Positions 8,100 through 18,572 of a stretch of 48,734 nucleotides of DNA are shown in pieces. Position numbers and translations under genes: made by a program. Under the pieces are notes generated by a model. The model did no database searches. It had not been told where the DNA came from and saw nothing but the letters and a program-made list of their open reading frames with translations. Position 1 is the first letter of the stretch. Every line of letters starts with the position of its first letter. The stretch is from the NCBI GenBank assembly GCA_026707335.1, contig JAPOXB010000075.1, positions 1 to 48,734 on the forward strand. The letters run 5' to 3'. This DNA is from Chloroflexota bacterium (GTDB lineage: Bacteria; Chloroflexota; Dehalococcoidia; Bin125).

Positions 8100-8358
8100 C
8101 GCGGCTCCTCGAATCAGCGGGCGCTCCGCCGGCGTGACGACGTCGTTCGCGTGGGACTTCGGGCCGACGCCAACGCGCGCCCGATGTTACCGTCGGAGGC
8201 GCGGGTGGGGCCGCCTTCTCGGAGGCTGCGGTCGCAGCACTAGGCGATTGAGCCCTTCGGATCGTAGGGGCTAACGACCCCGGCTCCACCCGCGCCTCCC
8301 CCGTAGACCCTCGCCCGCCCGCCCCCTACCCTCCGACCCCACCGCAGGAGGCCCGACC

Positions 8359-9348
8359 ATGAAAGCCATCACCGTCCGAGAGCCCGGCGGGCCCGAGCAG
8401 TTGGTTCTGGCCGACGTGCCCGACCCCGCCCCCGGCCCCGCCGACCTCCTCGTGCGCGTGCACGCGACCGCCCTCAACCGCGCCGACGCCATGCAGCGCC
8501 AGGGTCACTACCCGCCCCAGCACGGCGCCTCGTCGATCCTCGGCCTCGAGCTGGCGGGGGAGGTCGTGGGCATGGGCGCCGAGGCCGAGGGCTTCGCCGT
8601 CGGCGACCACGTCTACGGGCTCAGCGGGGGCGGCGGCTACGGCGAGCTGGCCACCATCCACCACCAGCTCGCCATGCCCATCCCCGACGGCTGGGACTAC
8701 CAGGTCGCCGCTGCGATCCCGGAGGTCTTCTTCACCGCCAACACGGCCGTCAACCACCTGGGCGCGCTGCAGGCCGGCGAGCGCGCGCTGATCCACGGCG
8801 GCGGCAGCGGCGTCGGCATCGCCGCCATCCAGATCGCCCAGCTGCTGGGGGGCGAGGCCTGGATCACGGCCGGCACCGACGAGAAGTGCGTCAAGGCCCG
8901 CGACCTCGGCGCGACCCTGGCCGTCAACTACAAGCGCGACGACTTCGTGGCCGCCGTCGAGGAGGCCTCGGGCGGCGCGGGCGTGCACGTCATCCTCGAC
9001 GTCGTGGGCGGGCCCTACCTGGAGCGCAACCTGCGGTCGCTGGCGCAGGCCGGGCGGCTGGTCGAGGTCGGTCTGATGGGCGGCGCCAAGACGGAGATCA
9101 ACCTGAGCCACCTCATGGCCAAGCGGCTGCGCATCTACGGCACCGTCATGCGATCGCGCCCCCTGGCCGACCGCGTCGCCATCACGCGGGCCTACCGCCG
9201 GGAGCTCGAGCCGGCCCTGATCGACGGCCGCATGCGGGCGGTCATCGACCGCGCCTTCCCCCTTCGCGAAGCCGCCGAGGCGCACCGCTACATGGAGGCC
9301 GACCGCAACTTCGGCAAGATCATCCTCGACGTCGCCGGCGGCGTCTGA
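8359..9348 (+). CDS. qor: NAD(P)H:quinone oxidoreductase (zinc-independent MDR, Qor/PIG3-like)
   Basis: MKAITVREPGGPEQLVLADVPDPAPGP..LVRVHATALNRADAMQRQGHYPP... and the GGGSGVG nucleotide-binding loop. A GGAGG SD lies 8 nt upstream. Confidence 0.9.
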   Translation: MKAITVREPGGPEQLVLADVPDPAPGPADLLVRVHATALNRADAMQRQGHYPPQHGASSILGLELAGEVVGMGAEAEGFAVGDHVYGLSGGGGYGELATIHHQLAMPIPDGWDYQVAAAIPEVFFTANTAVNHLGALQAGERALIHGGGSGVGIAAIQIAQLLGGEAWITAGTDEKCVKARDLGATLAVNYKRDDFVAAVEEASGGAGVHVILDVVGGPYLERNLRSLAQAGRLVEVGLMGGAKTEINLSHLMAKRLRIYGTVMRSRPLADRVAITRAYRRELEPALIDGRMRAVIDRAFPLREAAEAHRYMEADRNFGKIILDVAGGV

Positions 9349-9414
9349 CCGGCGGCGCAGTCGATCGCTACCCTGGTTCCGGGCAGGAAAGACGTGGACG
9401 GGTCTGGGTGAGCA

Positions 9415-12400
9415 GTGCGTAAGCGCTCAGCGGTTCTGCTTGCGACTCTGCTGGTGGTGAGCCTGGCGGTGGTCACGGGTCGGCCGTCCGCGGCCGCGCC
9501 CCCCACCTGCGAGAACGGCGTCGTCGTCCCCGACCCCGAGGCCAACCGCGGCCTCGTCCTCGACTGCGCGAATCTGCTGGCGGCGAAGACGCAGTTCACC
9601 GCGCCCCACCCGCTGAACTGGGGAGCCGAGACGCCCATCGCCCGGTGGGACGGTGTCACCCTCGGTGGCTACCCGCCACGCGTGCGGGAACTGTACCTGC
9701 GCGCGCGCGGGTTCACGGGCCGGGTCCCGCCGCACTTGGCCAACGTCCGCGAGTTGCGCGAGCTCTCGCTGCCGGACAACCAACTCACGGGTTCCATCCC
9801 ACCCGAGTTGGGATCGCTGCGGCATCTGGAACGACTGTGGCTCCACGGCAACCAGTTGACCGGCGGCATCCCGCCGGAATTGAGTTCCTTGCGCGCCCTG
9901 GAGTATCTGTGGCTCCAGGACAACCACCTCACGGGCGGCATCCCGGCCGAGCTTGGAACCCTCTCGAACCTGACGGATCTGCTGCTGCGCGGCAATCAGT
10001 TGACGGGCCCGATCCCGGCCGAGCTGGGGTCGTTGCGCGATCTGAGGGCCCTCTGGCTGCAGGACAACCAGTTCAGCGGATCGATCCCGCCCGCTCTCGG
10101 ATCCCTGCGCAGCCTGCGCACGCTCCTGCTGAGCGACAATGAACTCACGGGCGCGATCCCCGCACAACTGACGTCCCTCATCAGCCTCGAATACCTGCGC
10201 TTGAGCGGTAACGCCGGCCTGACCGGCTGCATCCCCCAGCCGCTACGGGAGGTGCGCGAGCACGACCTCGCCGAGATCGGCCTCCCCAACTGCAGACCCC
10301 TGCCTCCGCCCTGCGAGGACGGCATCACCGTCCCCAACCCCGCCGGCAACCCTGGCTTGGTCTCCGACTGCGCCGCCCTACTTGCCGCGCGGGACCAACT
10401 GAGGGGCTACGCCGCCCTCAACTGGGTTCGCAACATCCCCATCACCATATGGGACGGCGTCACCATCGAGGGCGACCCGCCACGCGTGCGTGGACTCGAA
10501 CTGGGGCGGCGCGGCTTGACGGGTGCGATCCCGGCGCAACTCGGTGACCTCACCGCCCTGGAGGAGGTGCGCCTCGATCGCAACCGGTTGCACGGCCCGA
10601 TCCCACCGGAACTGGGAGGCCTCCACAACCTCCGATTCCTCGACCTGGCGTACAACCATCTGCGCGGCTCGGTTCCGCCGGAGCTGGCATCACTTGGCAA
10701 GCTGGGATCCCTAGCCTTGGACGGCAATGGACTGACCGGCCCGATCCCCCCGGAGATCAGCGCGCTGTCCTCGCTCTGGTACCTCGGTCTCGGTGACAAC
10801 CGGCTCACCGGGCCGATCCCGGCGGAGCTGGCGGCCTTGCTCAATCTCCAGGAGTTGCGTCTGGACACGAACCAACTGACCGGGCCGATCCCTGCAGCCC
10901 TGGGATCGCTGCCTCACCTGTGGCGACTACGTCTGAACGGCAACCGGCTGACCGGCGCGATTCCAGCGGAGATCGCGTCGCTGGGCGCCCTGCGGTACCT
11001 GCACCTGCACGAGAACCGGCTCAGCGGCGCGATCCCGGCGGCGCTCGGATCGCTGCCCGCCCTGGAAACCCTGTCCTTGAACGGCAACCAACTGACGGGG
11101 CCGATCCCGCCGGCGCTGGGATCGCTGGGCGCCTTGCAGTTCCTGGGCCTGGGCGACAACCGGCTGACCGGCGCCATCCCGCCCGCGCTGGGCGGCCTGG
11201 CGTGGTTGCGGATTCTGACGCTGAGCGGTAACCAGCTCAGCGGCCCGATTCCCGACGCGCTGGGGAGCCTGGGGACATTGAGCTACCTGCACCTGCACGA
11301 CAACCAACTCACCGGGCGGATCCCCACGGCGCTGGCGGGCCTGATCACCCTGCGGCGTCTGTCACTGAGCGAGAACCAGCTGAGCGGAGCGATCCCGGGC
11401 GGGCTCGGGGTGCTGCGCGAGTTGGAGGAACTGTCGCTGCACACCAACCAGTTGAGCGGCCCGATCCCCACTTCGCTGGCCTGGCTCTCGGCGCTGCGTT
11501 CCCTGCGGCTGAGTGGCAACCCCGGTCTCACCGGCTGCGTCCCCCCGTCCCTCCGCGACATCGGGACGAACGACCTTGCCTTGCCCGACTGCCCGCCGTC
11601 GGCGCCCTCTCCGTGCGAGAACGGCACGGCCGTCGCCAACCCCGAGGACAACCCCGCCCTCGTCCTCGACTGCGCCATTCTGCTCGGCCTCAGGGATACG
11701 CTCACCGGCGACGCCACGCTCAACTGGGACCCCGCCACCCCCATGTGGCGCTGGGACGGCGTCGTGAGGGGTGGGTGGCCGCGGCGCGTGTGGGCGCTCA
11801 ATTTGTCGCGGCGTAGCCTCTCGGGCCGTATCCCGCTGGAACTGGGGAGACTGGCGGGACTGCATAGCCTACGGCTGGACGACAACCAGCTCAGCGGGCC
11901 CATCCCGGCGACGCTTGGAGCACTGCGCAATCTGACAAACCTGTCGCTGAGCAGGAACCAGTTGACAGGGCCCATCCCAGCGGCGCTCGCCTCACTGCGC
12001 GACCTGGGGGATCTGGGTCTGCGGGGCAACCGGCTCAACGGCCCCATCCCGCCATGGCTGGGGTCCATGAGCACGCTCTGGCGCCTGGAACTGAGCGAAA
12101 ACCATCTCACGGGCCCGATCCCCGCCGCTCTGGGGGCCTTGGCCGACCTGAAGCATCTGGACCTGCGCGACAACCAACTGAGCGGTCCCATCCCGCGGGA
12201 GGTCCGACTGCTGGACCGCACCGAGAAGCTGTATCTGGGCGGCAACCCCGGGCTGACGGGGTGCCTCCCGTCCGTCCTGCGGGCCGTAGCGAACAACGAC
12301 TTGGCCGGACTCTCGCTACCCGACTGCCCGCCGCCGCCCGCCCCCGCGCAAGCGTGCGTGAACGGAGCCGCGGTCGCCCAGGCCGCCGACAACCCCGGCC

Positions 12401-13290
12401 TCGTCTCCGACTGCGCGATCCTGCTCACGGCGCTGTATGTGCTACGCGGCGACGCGCTCCTCAACTGGGATCCGGCGACGCCGATCACCGAGTGGGACGG
12501 CGTCAGCGTCAATGGCGAGCCGCCGCGCGTCACGCAGTTGGAACTCTCAGGGCGCCCGCTCACGGGGTCGATCCCCCCGCAGTTGGGCGGGCTGACGGCA
12601 CTCCGCGAGTTGCATCTCGCGCACACCCGCCTGAGCGGCGCCATCCCCGAGCAACTCGGTGACTTGGCGACCCTGGGCTCGCTGCGGCTGGCTGGCAATC
12701 AACTGACCGGGGCCATCCCGCCGGAACTCGGAGCCCTGTCAAATCTGCGGTCCCTGACTCTGAGTCACAACCAACTCAGCGGCCCGATCCCGCCGGAGCT
12801 TCGCGGGCTCAGCGCCCTACGCACCCTGTCGCTACACTATAACCAACTCAGCGGGCCGATACCGGCGGCGCTGGGCCAACTGGGCGACCTGGACTACGTC
12901 TCGTTGAACAACAACCAACTCACGGGCTCAATCCCCGCCGCCCTGGGGGCCTTGGCCGAACTGAGGCACCTGAGCCTGCGCATCAACCAACTGAGCGGTC
13001 CCATCCCGCCCGCGTGGGGAGCGCTGGGGGCTCTGCGGTACCTCTACCTCGACCACAACCAGCTCAGCGGTCCGATTCCAACTGAGTTGGGCTCGCTGCG
13101 CCACCTGAACACCCTATGGCTTCACAACAACCACCTCAGTGGCTCGATCCCAGCGGCGTTATCGGAGCTGGGAGACTTGGTGTATCTCTATCTGAGTGGC
13201 AATCCGATCACCGGCTGCGTGCCCGTGGCGGTCCGTGATGTGAAGTACAACGACCTCGACCAACTCTCCCTGCCCGACTGCCCGCCCTGA
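9415..13290 (+). CDS. Secreted multi-module plant-type LRR protein, 1291 aa, 4 capped modules (7/14/6/9 canonical 24-aa repeats by hand count)
   Basis: GTG start. The signal peptide is MRKRSAVLLATLLVVSLAVVTGRPSAAA. Modules start at the cap cysteines at nt 9508, 10312, 11614 and 12355. The repeat consensus is LxxLxxLxLxxNxL(T/S)GxIPxxLGx. Each module ends GNPGLTGC.P..LR....DL..L.LPDCPP. Confidence 0.9.
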   Translation: MRKRSAVLLATLLVVSLAVVTGRPSAAAPPTCENGVVVPDPEANRGLVLDCANLLAAKTQFTAPHPLNWGAETPIARWDGVTLGGYPPRVRELYLRARGFTGRVPPHLANVRELRELSLPDNQLTGSIPPELGSLRHLERLWLHGNQLTGGIPPELSSLRALEYLWLQDNHLTGGIPAELGTLSNLTDLLLRGNQLTGPIPAELGSLRDLRALWLQDNQFSGSIPPALGSLRSLRTLLLSDNELTGAIPAQLTSLISLEYLRLSGNAGLTGCIPQPLREVREHDLAEIGLPNCRPLPPPCEDGITVPNPAGNPGLVSDCAALLAARDQLRGYAALNWVRNIPITIWDGVTIEGDPPRVRGLELGRRGLTGAIPAQLGDLTALEEVRLDRNRLHGPIPPELGGLHNLRFLDLAYNHLRGSVPPELASLGKLGSLALDGNGLTGPIPPEISALSSLWYLGLGDNRLTGPIPAELAALLNLQELRLDTNQLTGPIPAALGSLPHLWRLRLNGNRLTGAIPAEIASLGALRYLHLHENRLSGAIPAALGSLPALETLSLNGNQLTGPIPPALGSLGALQFLGLGDNRLTGAIPPALGGLAWLRILTLSGNQLSGPIPDALGSLGTLSYLHLHDNQLTGRIPTALAGLITLRRLSLSENQLSGAIPGGLGVLRELEELSLHTNQLSGPIPTSLAWLSALRSLRLSGNPGLTGCVPPSLRDIGTNDLALPDCPPSAPSPCENGTAVANPEDNPALVLDCAILLGLRDTLTGDATLNWDPATPMWRWDGVVRGGWPRRVWALNLSRRSLSGRIPLELGRLAGLHSLRLDDNQLSGPIPATLGALRNLTNLSLSRNQLTGPIPAALASLRDLGDLGLRGNRLNGPIPPWLGSMSTLWRLELSENHLTGPIPAALGALADLKHLDLRDNQLSGPIPREVRLLDRTEKLYLGGNPGLTGCLPSVLRAVANNDLAGLSLPDCPPPPAPAQACVNGAAVAQAADNPGLVSDCAILLTALYVLRGDALLNWDPATPITEWDGVSVNGEPPRVTQLELSGRPLTGSIPPQLGGLTALRELHLAHTRLSGAIPEQLGDLATLGSLRLAGNQLTGAIPPELGALSNLRSLTLSHNQLSGPIPPELRGLSALRTLSLHYNQLSGPIPAALGQLGDLDYVSLNNNQLTGSIPAALGALAELRHLSLRINQLSGPIPPAWGALGALRYLYLDHNQLSGPIPTELGSLRHLNTLWLHNNHLSGSIPAALSELGDLVYLYLSGNPITGCVPVAVRDVKYNDLDQLSLPDCPP

Positions 13291-13340
13291 CCCGATCCCC
13301 TACCCTCCCCGCGCCCGACCCGGACGGCGGGAGGTGATCC

Positions 13341-15965
13341 GTGCGCACGCGCCCCGTCGCCGCTGGCCTCGCCGCGTTGCTGCTGCTCGCCGGGCTCGCC
13401 GCCGCGCCCGGCCCTGTCCGGGCCGCGCCCCCCACCTGCGAGAACGGCATCGTCGTCCCCGACCCCGAAGCCAACCGCGGCCTCGTCCTCGACTGCGCGA
13501 ACCTGCTCGCCGCCAAGACCCTGTTCGACGCCCCCACGCCGCTGAACTGGGGCGGCGAGACGCCGATCGCGGAGTGGGACGGCGTCACCGTCGGCGGGGA
13601 GCCGCCGCGCGTCGAGGAGTTGGACCTGTCGTCACGCGGCCTCACGGGCCGCATCGCGCCGCAACTGGGCCGTCTGACGGCGCTGCGCGAGTTGACGCTT
13701 CCCGACAACCGCCTCGCGGGGCCGATCCCGGATTCGCTGGGCGACCTGCGCGACCTGGAGTCGCTGTCGCTGCACGGCAACGCACTCGATGGCCCGCTTC
13801 CTCCAGGGCTGGGGCTGCTGGCCGCGCTGCGCTTCCTGGAGCTGCACGACAACCGGCTGACCGGCGCCATCCCCGAGCGATTCGGGAACCTGCGGGGCCT
13901 CGTCGTCCTCTCCCTGTCCGACAACCAACTGACGGGGCTGATCCCGCCGGCGCTGGGATCGCTGTCGACCCTGGAATCGCTGCGGCTCGACGGGAACCAG
14001 CTGACCTGGGTGATCCCCGCCGAGATGGGCGCCCTGCGCAACCTTCGCCATCTACTCCTGACGGACAACGACTTGGAGGGGCACATCCCGTCCGCGCTCG
14101 GGTTCCTGCGCGACTTGGAGTCGCTGTCGCTGGGCGGCAATCGGCTGAGCGGCGTCATCCCGCCGTGGCTGACCGACCTGTCCGCCCTGCGCTTGCTCGA
14201 TCTGGCCGGCAACGAATTCAAGGGGCCGATCCCGCCCGGGCTCGCGACGCTGGCCGGCCTCGACACCCTGCTGCTGGCCGACAACCGGCTGACCGGGCCG
14301 ATCCCGCCGGCGCTGGCCGAGATGCCCGCCCTGGCGCGGCTGTCGTTGGCCGGCAACCCCGGCCTCGACGGCTGCATTCCCCTGCCGTTGCACGACCTGC
14401 CCGACAACGACCTGAGCGACGTCCCTCTGCCCGACTGCCCGCCTCCCCATCCCTGCGAGACCGACGGCGCCGTGTTCAACGCCGCCGCCAGGCCCGGTCT
14501 CGTCTTCGACTGCAAGATCCTGCTCGGTCTCAAGGACACGCTCGCTGGGGAGGGTACGCTCAACTGGGACGCCGCGACCCCCATGCTGCTCTGGGACGGC
14601 ATCGTGATCCATGGGACGCCGCGGCGCGTCTGGGGAATCGACCTCACGTCGCGCGGGCTCACGGGGCGCATTCCGCCGGACCTCGCCGGCCTGACCGATC
14701 TGCGCGCGCTTTGGCTCGGGGGCAACCGGCTGACGGGCGGTATCCCGCCCGCGCTCGCGCTCTTGCCGCATCTGTCGAGCCTGCGGCTGCAGCGCAACCA
14801 GTTGGCCGGTCCCATCCCCCGCGAACTCGGCGCCCTGCCCCACCTGCAACTGCTCACGCTGTCCGACAACCGGCTGAGCGGTCACATCCCGCCGCAGTTG
14901 AGCGATCTGCCCGGCCTGATCTACCTCTCCCTCAACGGCAACCAACTCAGCGGCGAGATCCCGTCCGAGTTGGCGTCGCTGCCCAGCATCGGCTACCTCT
15001 GGCTGTACGGGAACCGGCTCAGCGGCTCGATCCCGGCGGCGCTCGGGTCGGTGGCGCAGCTCGTGCACCTCGACCTGCACGACAACCAGTTGAGCGGGGC
15101 CATCCCGGCGGAACTCGGCGACTTGGCTGCGCTCGGCTCGCTGCGGCTGCACGGCAATCAACTGAGCGGGCCCATCCCAGCGGAACTCGGGGCGCTGGCC
15201 AATCTGTGGGAGTTGTGGCTGGACGACAACCAACTCAGCGGTCCGATCCCGGCCGAGTTGGCCGCCCTGTCGCGGCTCTGGTTCCTGCGGCTGCAGGGCA
15301 ATCAACTGAGCGGCCCCATCCCGCCGGAACTCGGCTCGCTGCCCGTCCTGCGGCTGCTGCATCTGGGCGACAACGACCTGAGCGGCCCCATCCCGGCGGC
15401 GCTGGCATCCCTGCCCGGCCTGACGAACCTCCGCCTCAACGACAACAACCTCAGCGGCCCGATCCCGATCGAACTGGCGTCGATGCCCAGCCTGGGAGCC
15501 CTGCAGTTGTCCGGCAACCAGCTCAGCGGCCCCATCCCGGTCGAGTTGGCGTCGCTGTCGCAGCTGCGGGAACTGCGGCTGAGCGACAACCAGTTGAGCG
15601 GCCCCATCCCGCCGGCGCTCGCCGCGCTGGGCGGCATGCAGTACCTCTTCCTCGACGGCAACCAACTGACGGGCCCCATCCCGTGGTCGCTCGGCCTGCT
15701 GCGCCGCATGCAGGCCATCTCCCTCGCCGGCAACCAACTGAGCGGCCCCATCCCGCCGGAATTGGGCGCCCTCCGCTTCGTCTGGTTCGTGTCGCTCAGC
15801 GACAACCAACTCAGCGGCCCGATTCCGATCGAACTCGCGGATCTCCCCCGTTTGGCGGTCCTTTATCTGGGCGGCAACCAACTCAGCGGCTGCGTCCCCC
15901 CGGCGCTGCGGGACGTCCAGACGAACGACCTCGCGGACGTCGCCCTGCCCGACTGCCCGCCCTGA
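13341..15965 (+). CDS. Secreted multi-module plant-type LRR protein, 874 aa, 2 modules (10/17 repeats)
   Basis: GAGGTGATCC precedes the GTG start. The signal peptide ends VRA. The architecture matches 9415-13290. The protein ends LPDCPP followed by the stop codon. Confidence 0.9.
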   Translation: MRTRPVAAGLAALLLLAGLAAAPGPVRAAPPTCENGIVVPDPEANRGLVLDCANLLAAKTLFDAPTPLNWGGETPIAEWDGVTVGGEPPRVEELDLSSRGLTGRIAPQLGRLTALRELTLPDNRLAGPIPDSLGDLRDLESLSLHGNALDGPLPPGLGLLAALRFLELHDNRLTGAIPERFGNLRGLVVLSLSDNQLTGLIPPALGSLSTLESLRLDGNQLTWVIPAEMGALRNLRHLLLTDNDLEGHIPSALGFLRDLESLSLGGNRLSGVIPPWLTDLSALRLLDLAGNEFKGPIPPGLATLAGLDTLLLADNRLTGPIPPALAEMPALARLSLAGNPGLDGCIPLPLHDLPDNDLSDVPLPDCPPPHPCETDGAVFNAAARPGLVFDCKILLGLKDTLAGEGTLNWDAATPMLLWDGIVIHGTPRRVWGIDLTSRGLTGRIPPDLAGLTDLRALWLGGNRLTGGIPPALALLPHLSSLRLQRNQLAGPIPRELGALPHLQLLTLSDNRLSGHIPPQLSDLPGLIYLSLNGNQLSGEIPSELASLPSIGYLWLYGNRLSGSIPAALGSVAQLVHLDLHDNQLSGAIPAELGDLAALGSLRLHGNQLSGPIPAELGALANLWELWLDDNQLSGPIPAELAALSRLWFLRLQGNQLSGPIPPELGSLPVLRLLHLGDNDLSGPIPAALASLPGLTNLRLNDNNLSGPIPIELASMPSLGALQLSGNQLSGPIPVELASLSQLRELRLSDNQLSGPIPPALAALGGMQYLFLDGNQLTGPIPWSLGLLRRMQAISLAGNQLSGPIPPELGALRFVWFVSLSDNQLSGPIPIELADLPRLAVLYLGGNQLSGCVPPALRDVQTNDLADVALPDCPP

Positions 15966-15968
15966 CCG

Positions 15969-16156
15969 GTGCGCCATCCCCTACCCTGGCACGCGGCGGA
16001 GGCCACGCGTCGGGGGCGGAGGTGATCCGTGCGCACGCGCCGCGCGATCCTCCTCGCGGGCCTGCTGGCGGCCGTCCTGGCGGCGGTCGACGGACGTCCC
16101 GCCCGGGCGGAGCCCCCCACCTGCGAGAACGGCGTCGTCGTCCCCGACCCCGAGGT
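15969..16156 (+). repeat. 188-bp perfect direct repeat, copy A (intergenic leader plus the first 128 nt of the LRR gene)
   Basis: Identical base for base to 18573-18760 (offset 2604 bp). The flanks continue at high identity with isolated mismatches (15968, 16157). Confidence 0.9.
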
Positions 16157-18569
16157 TAACCGGGGCCTCGTCATCGACTGCGCGAACCTGCTCGCCGCGA
16201 AGACGCTGTTCACCGCGCCTCATCCGCTGAATTGGCGCGGCGAGACGCCGATTGCGGAGTGGGACGGCGTCACGCTCCTCGGCGAGCCCCCGCGCGTCGC
16301 CGAACTCAACCTTTCCTCGTATGGCCTATCGGGCCGCATTCCCCCGCAGTTGGGCCGCCTGTCGGCGCTGCGGAGTCTCTGGCTGCAGGACAGCAAGCTG
16401 ACCGGGGCCATCCCACCAGAACTCGGATCCCTACGCAACCTTGAAGTCCTGTCGTTGTGGGGCAACCAACTCAGCGGCGCGATCCCCATCCAACTGGCGG
16501 CCCTACCGGAGTTGGCGCAGTTGCATCTGGGCGGCAACCCTGGCCTGACCGGCTGTGTCCGGCTGGCGCTGTACGATGTGCCCAACAACGACTTCGCGGC
16601 GATCGGGCTACCGGGCTGTGACGGTTCACCGTCGCCCACGGCGACGTTCCCACCAGCGCCCATGCCGTCGTCCTGCGAGAACGGCATCGCCGTCCCCGAC
16701 CCCGTAGACAACCCCGGCCTCGTCTCCGACTGCGTCGCTCTTCTCGCCGCCAAGGCCGCGCTCGCCAGCGCCGCCCCCCTCAACTGGGATCCAGCCATCC
16801 CGGTCGGCGAATGGGACGGGATCCTCACCAGCGGCACCCCGCCGCGCGTGACCCTGCTGGCGCTGCTGGATCACGGTCTGCTGGGTCACATCCCAGCTCA
16901 ACTGGGCAGCCTCTCCGCACTTGAAGCTCTATGGCTCAGTGAGAACCGACTCACGGGCGTGATCCCGGCGGCGCTCGGATTGCTGGGAAACCTGGAGTCG
17001 CTGTGGCTGCACAAGAATCAGTTGACGGGCCCGATCCCGCCGCAGATCGGATCCTTACGGAGCCTGCAGTACCTGCGGTTGGACGAGAACCACCTCGGCG
17101 GTGGGATCCCCGCGGCCCTCGGATCACTGCGCGGCCTGCGGGATCTCTCACTGGCCGGCAACCAACTGACCGGCCCCATCCCCCCGGAGTTGGCCGCCCT
17201 CACGAACCTGGAGACGTTGCGGCTCAACGCCAACCACCTGCGTGGGCCCATCCCCAGTCCCCTGACATCCCTCACTTCCCTGCACACGCTGCGCTTAGAT
17301 GACAACGACATCACCGGTCCCATCCCGGCGGGATTGGGATCGCTGACCCGCCTGAGGCATCTATCACTGAACAACAACCAGATCGCAGGCCCAATCCCGG
17401 AGCAGTTGGGCGCGCTGCCCGACCTTCGTCACCTGTGGCTGCATGACAACCAACTCAGCGGCGCCATCCCCGCCGCGCTGGCGTCGCTGGGCGCCTTGAA
17501 TTCCGTGCAACTCAGCGGTAACCCGGGCCTGACCGGCTGCATCCCCGCCGCCCTGTCGGGCGTGCCGACGACCGATCTCATCGAGCTCGGCCTGCCCCGC
17601 TGCGACGGGGAGCCGCTGCTCACGTGTGAGAGCGGGGCCGCCGTCGCCGACCCCGCCGTCGCACCCGGCCTCGTCGCCGACTGCGCCATCCTCCTCAACA
17701 TCAAGGCCAGTCTCGCCGGCCGTGGCACGTTGAACTGGAGCGGCGGCGTGTCCATGAGCGACTGGGATGGTGTCACGATCGGCGGCGTCCCCCCGCGCGT
17801 CCACAAGCTGGAGTTGCCGCAGTACCACCTGACGGGTCGCATTCCCCCGGAACTGGGGGAGTTGACGGCACTGCGGGAACTGCGCCTGCATCACAACGCC
17901 TTGGCCGGGTCAATCCCAGCCGAGTTAGCGGCCCTTGGGTCGCTGGATGCGCTGTGGTTGTACGACAACCGCCTGACCGGGGCGATCCCGGCCGAGCTGG
18001 GGTCGCTGGAGAACCTGCGGTCCCTGTGGCTGCACAAGAATCGGCTGACGGGCCAGATCCCCCCGGCGTTGGCGTCCCTGCCCGAGATGGAATCTCTATC
18101 GCTGTTTCAGAACGAACTGACCGGGCCCATCCCCCCGGCGCTTGGCACGCTCCGCAAGCTGCGGCACTTGGCGCTCAGCGTGAACCACCTCAGCGGTCCC
18201 ATCCCAGCCGCGTTGGGGTCGCTGGTCAACCTGGAGGATCTGTCGCTGAGCGGGAACCGGCTCAGCGGTCCCATCCCAGCGGCGCTGGGGGAGTTGCGGA
18301 ATCTGCGGTTCCTGTACCTGAACTGGAACCAACTGAGCGGCCCCATCCCAATGGAACTCGGGGGCCTTGCGGCAGTCTCGCGCATCGGACTGGATCGGAA
18401 CCGGCTGACAGGCTCGATCCCGGCGCAACTGGCCACGCTCACGAACCTCCAGTCCCTCAGGCTGAGCTACAACCAGTTCACCGGTTGCATCCCGTCGGCG
18501 CTTCGCGACGTGCCATTAACCGACCTCGACGACCTCCCCCTGCCCGACTGCCCGCGGGAGCCGCCCTGA
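16029..18569 (+). CDS. Secreted multi-module plant-type LRR protein, 846 aa, 3 modules (3/9/9 repeats)
   Basis: GAGGTGATCC precedes the GTG start. The signal peptide MRTRRAILLAGLLAAVLAAVDGRPARA is identical to that of the next gene. The module caps are the same as in the other paralogs. Confidence 0.9.
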   Translation: MRTRRAILLAGLLAAVLAAVDGRPARAEPPTCENGVVVPDPEVNRGLVIDCANLLAAKTLFTAPHPLNWRGETPIAEWDGVTLLGEPPRVAELNLSSYGLSGRIPPQLGRLSALRSLWLQDSKLTGAIPPELGSLRNLEVLSLWGNQLSGAIPIQLAALPELAQLHLGGNPGLTGCVRLALYDVPNNDFAAIGLPGCDGSPSPTATFPPAPMPSSCENGIAVPDPVDNPGLVSDCVALLAAKAALASAAPLNWDPAIPVGEWDGILTSGTPPRVTLLALLDHGLLGHIPAQLGSLSALEALWLSENRLTGVIPAALGLLGNLESLWLHKNQLTGPIPPQIGSLRSLQYLRLDENHLGGGIPAALGSLRGLRDLSLAGNQLTGPIPPELAALTNLETLRLNANHLRGPIPSPLTSLTSLHTLRLDDNDITGPIPAGLGSLTRLRHLSLNNNQIAGPIPEQLGALPDLRHLWLHDNQLSGAIPAALASLGALNSVQLSGNPGLTGCIPAALSGVPTTDLIELGLPRCDGEPLLTCESGAAVADPAVAPGLVADCAILLNIKASLAGRGTLNWSGGVSMSDWDGVTIGGVPPRVHKLELPQYHLTGRIPPELGELTALRELRLHHNALAGSIPAELAALGSLDALWLYDNRLTGAIPAELGSLENLRSLWLHKNRLTGQIPPALASLPEMESLSLFQNELTGPIPPALGTLRKLRHLALSVNHLSGPIPAALGSLVNLEDLSLSGNRLSGPIPAALGELRNLRFLYLNWNQLSGPIPMELGGLAAVSRIGLDRNRLTGSIPAQLATLTNLQSLRLSYNQFTGCIPSALRDVPLTDLDDLPLPDCPREPP

Positions 18570-18572
18570 CCC

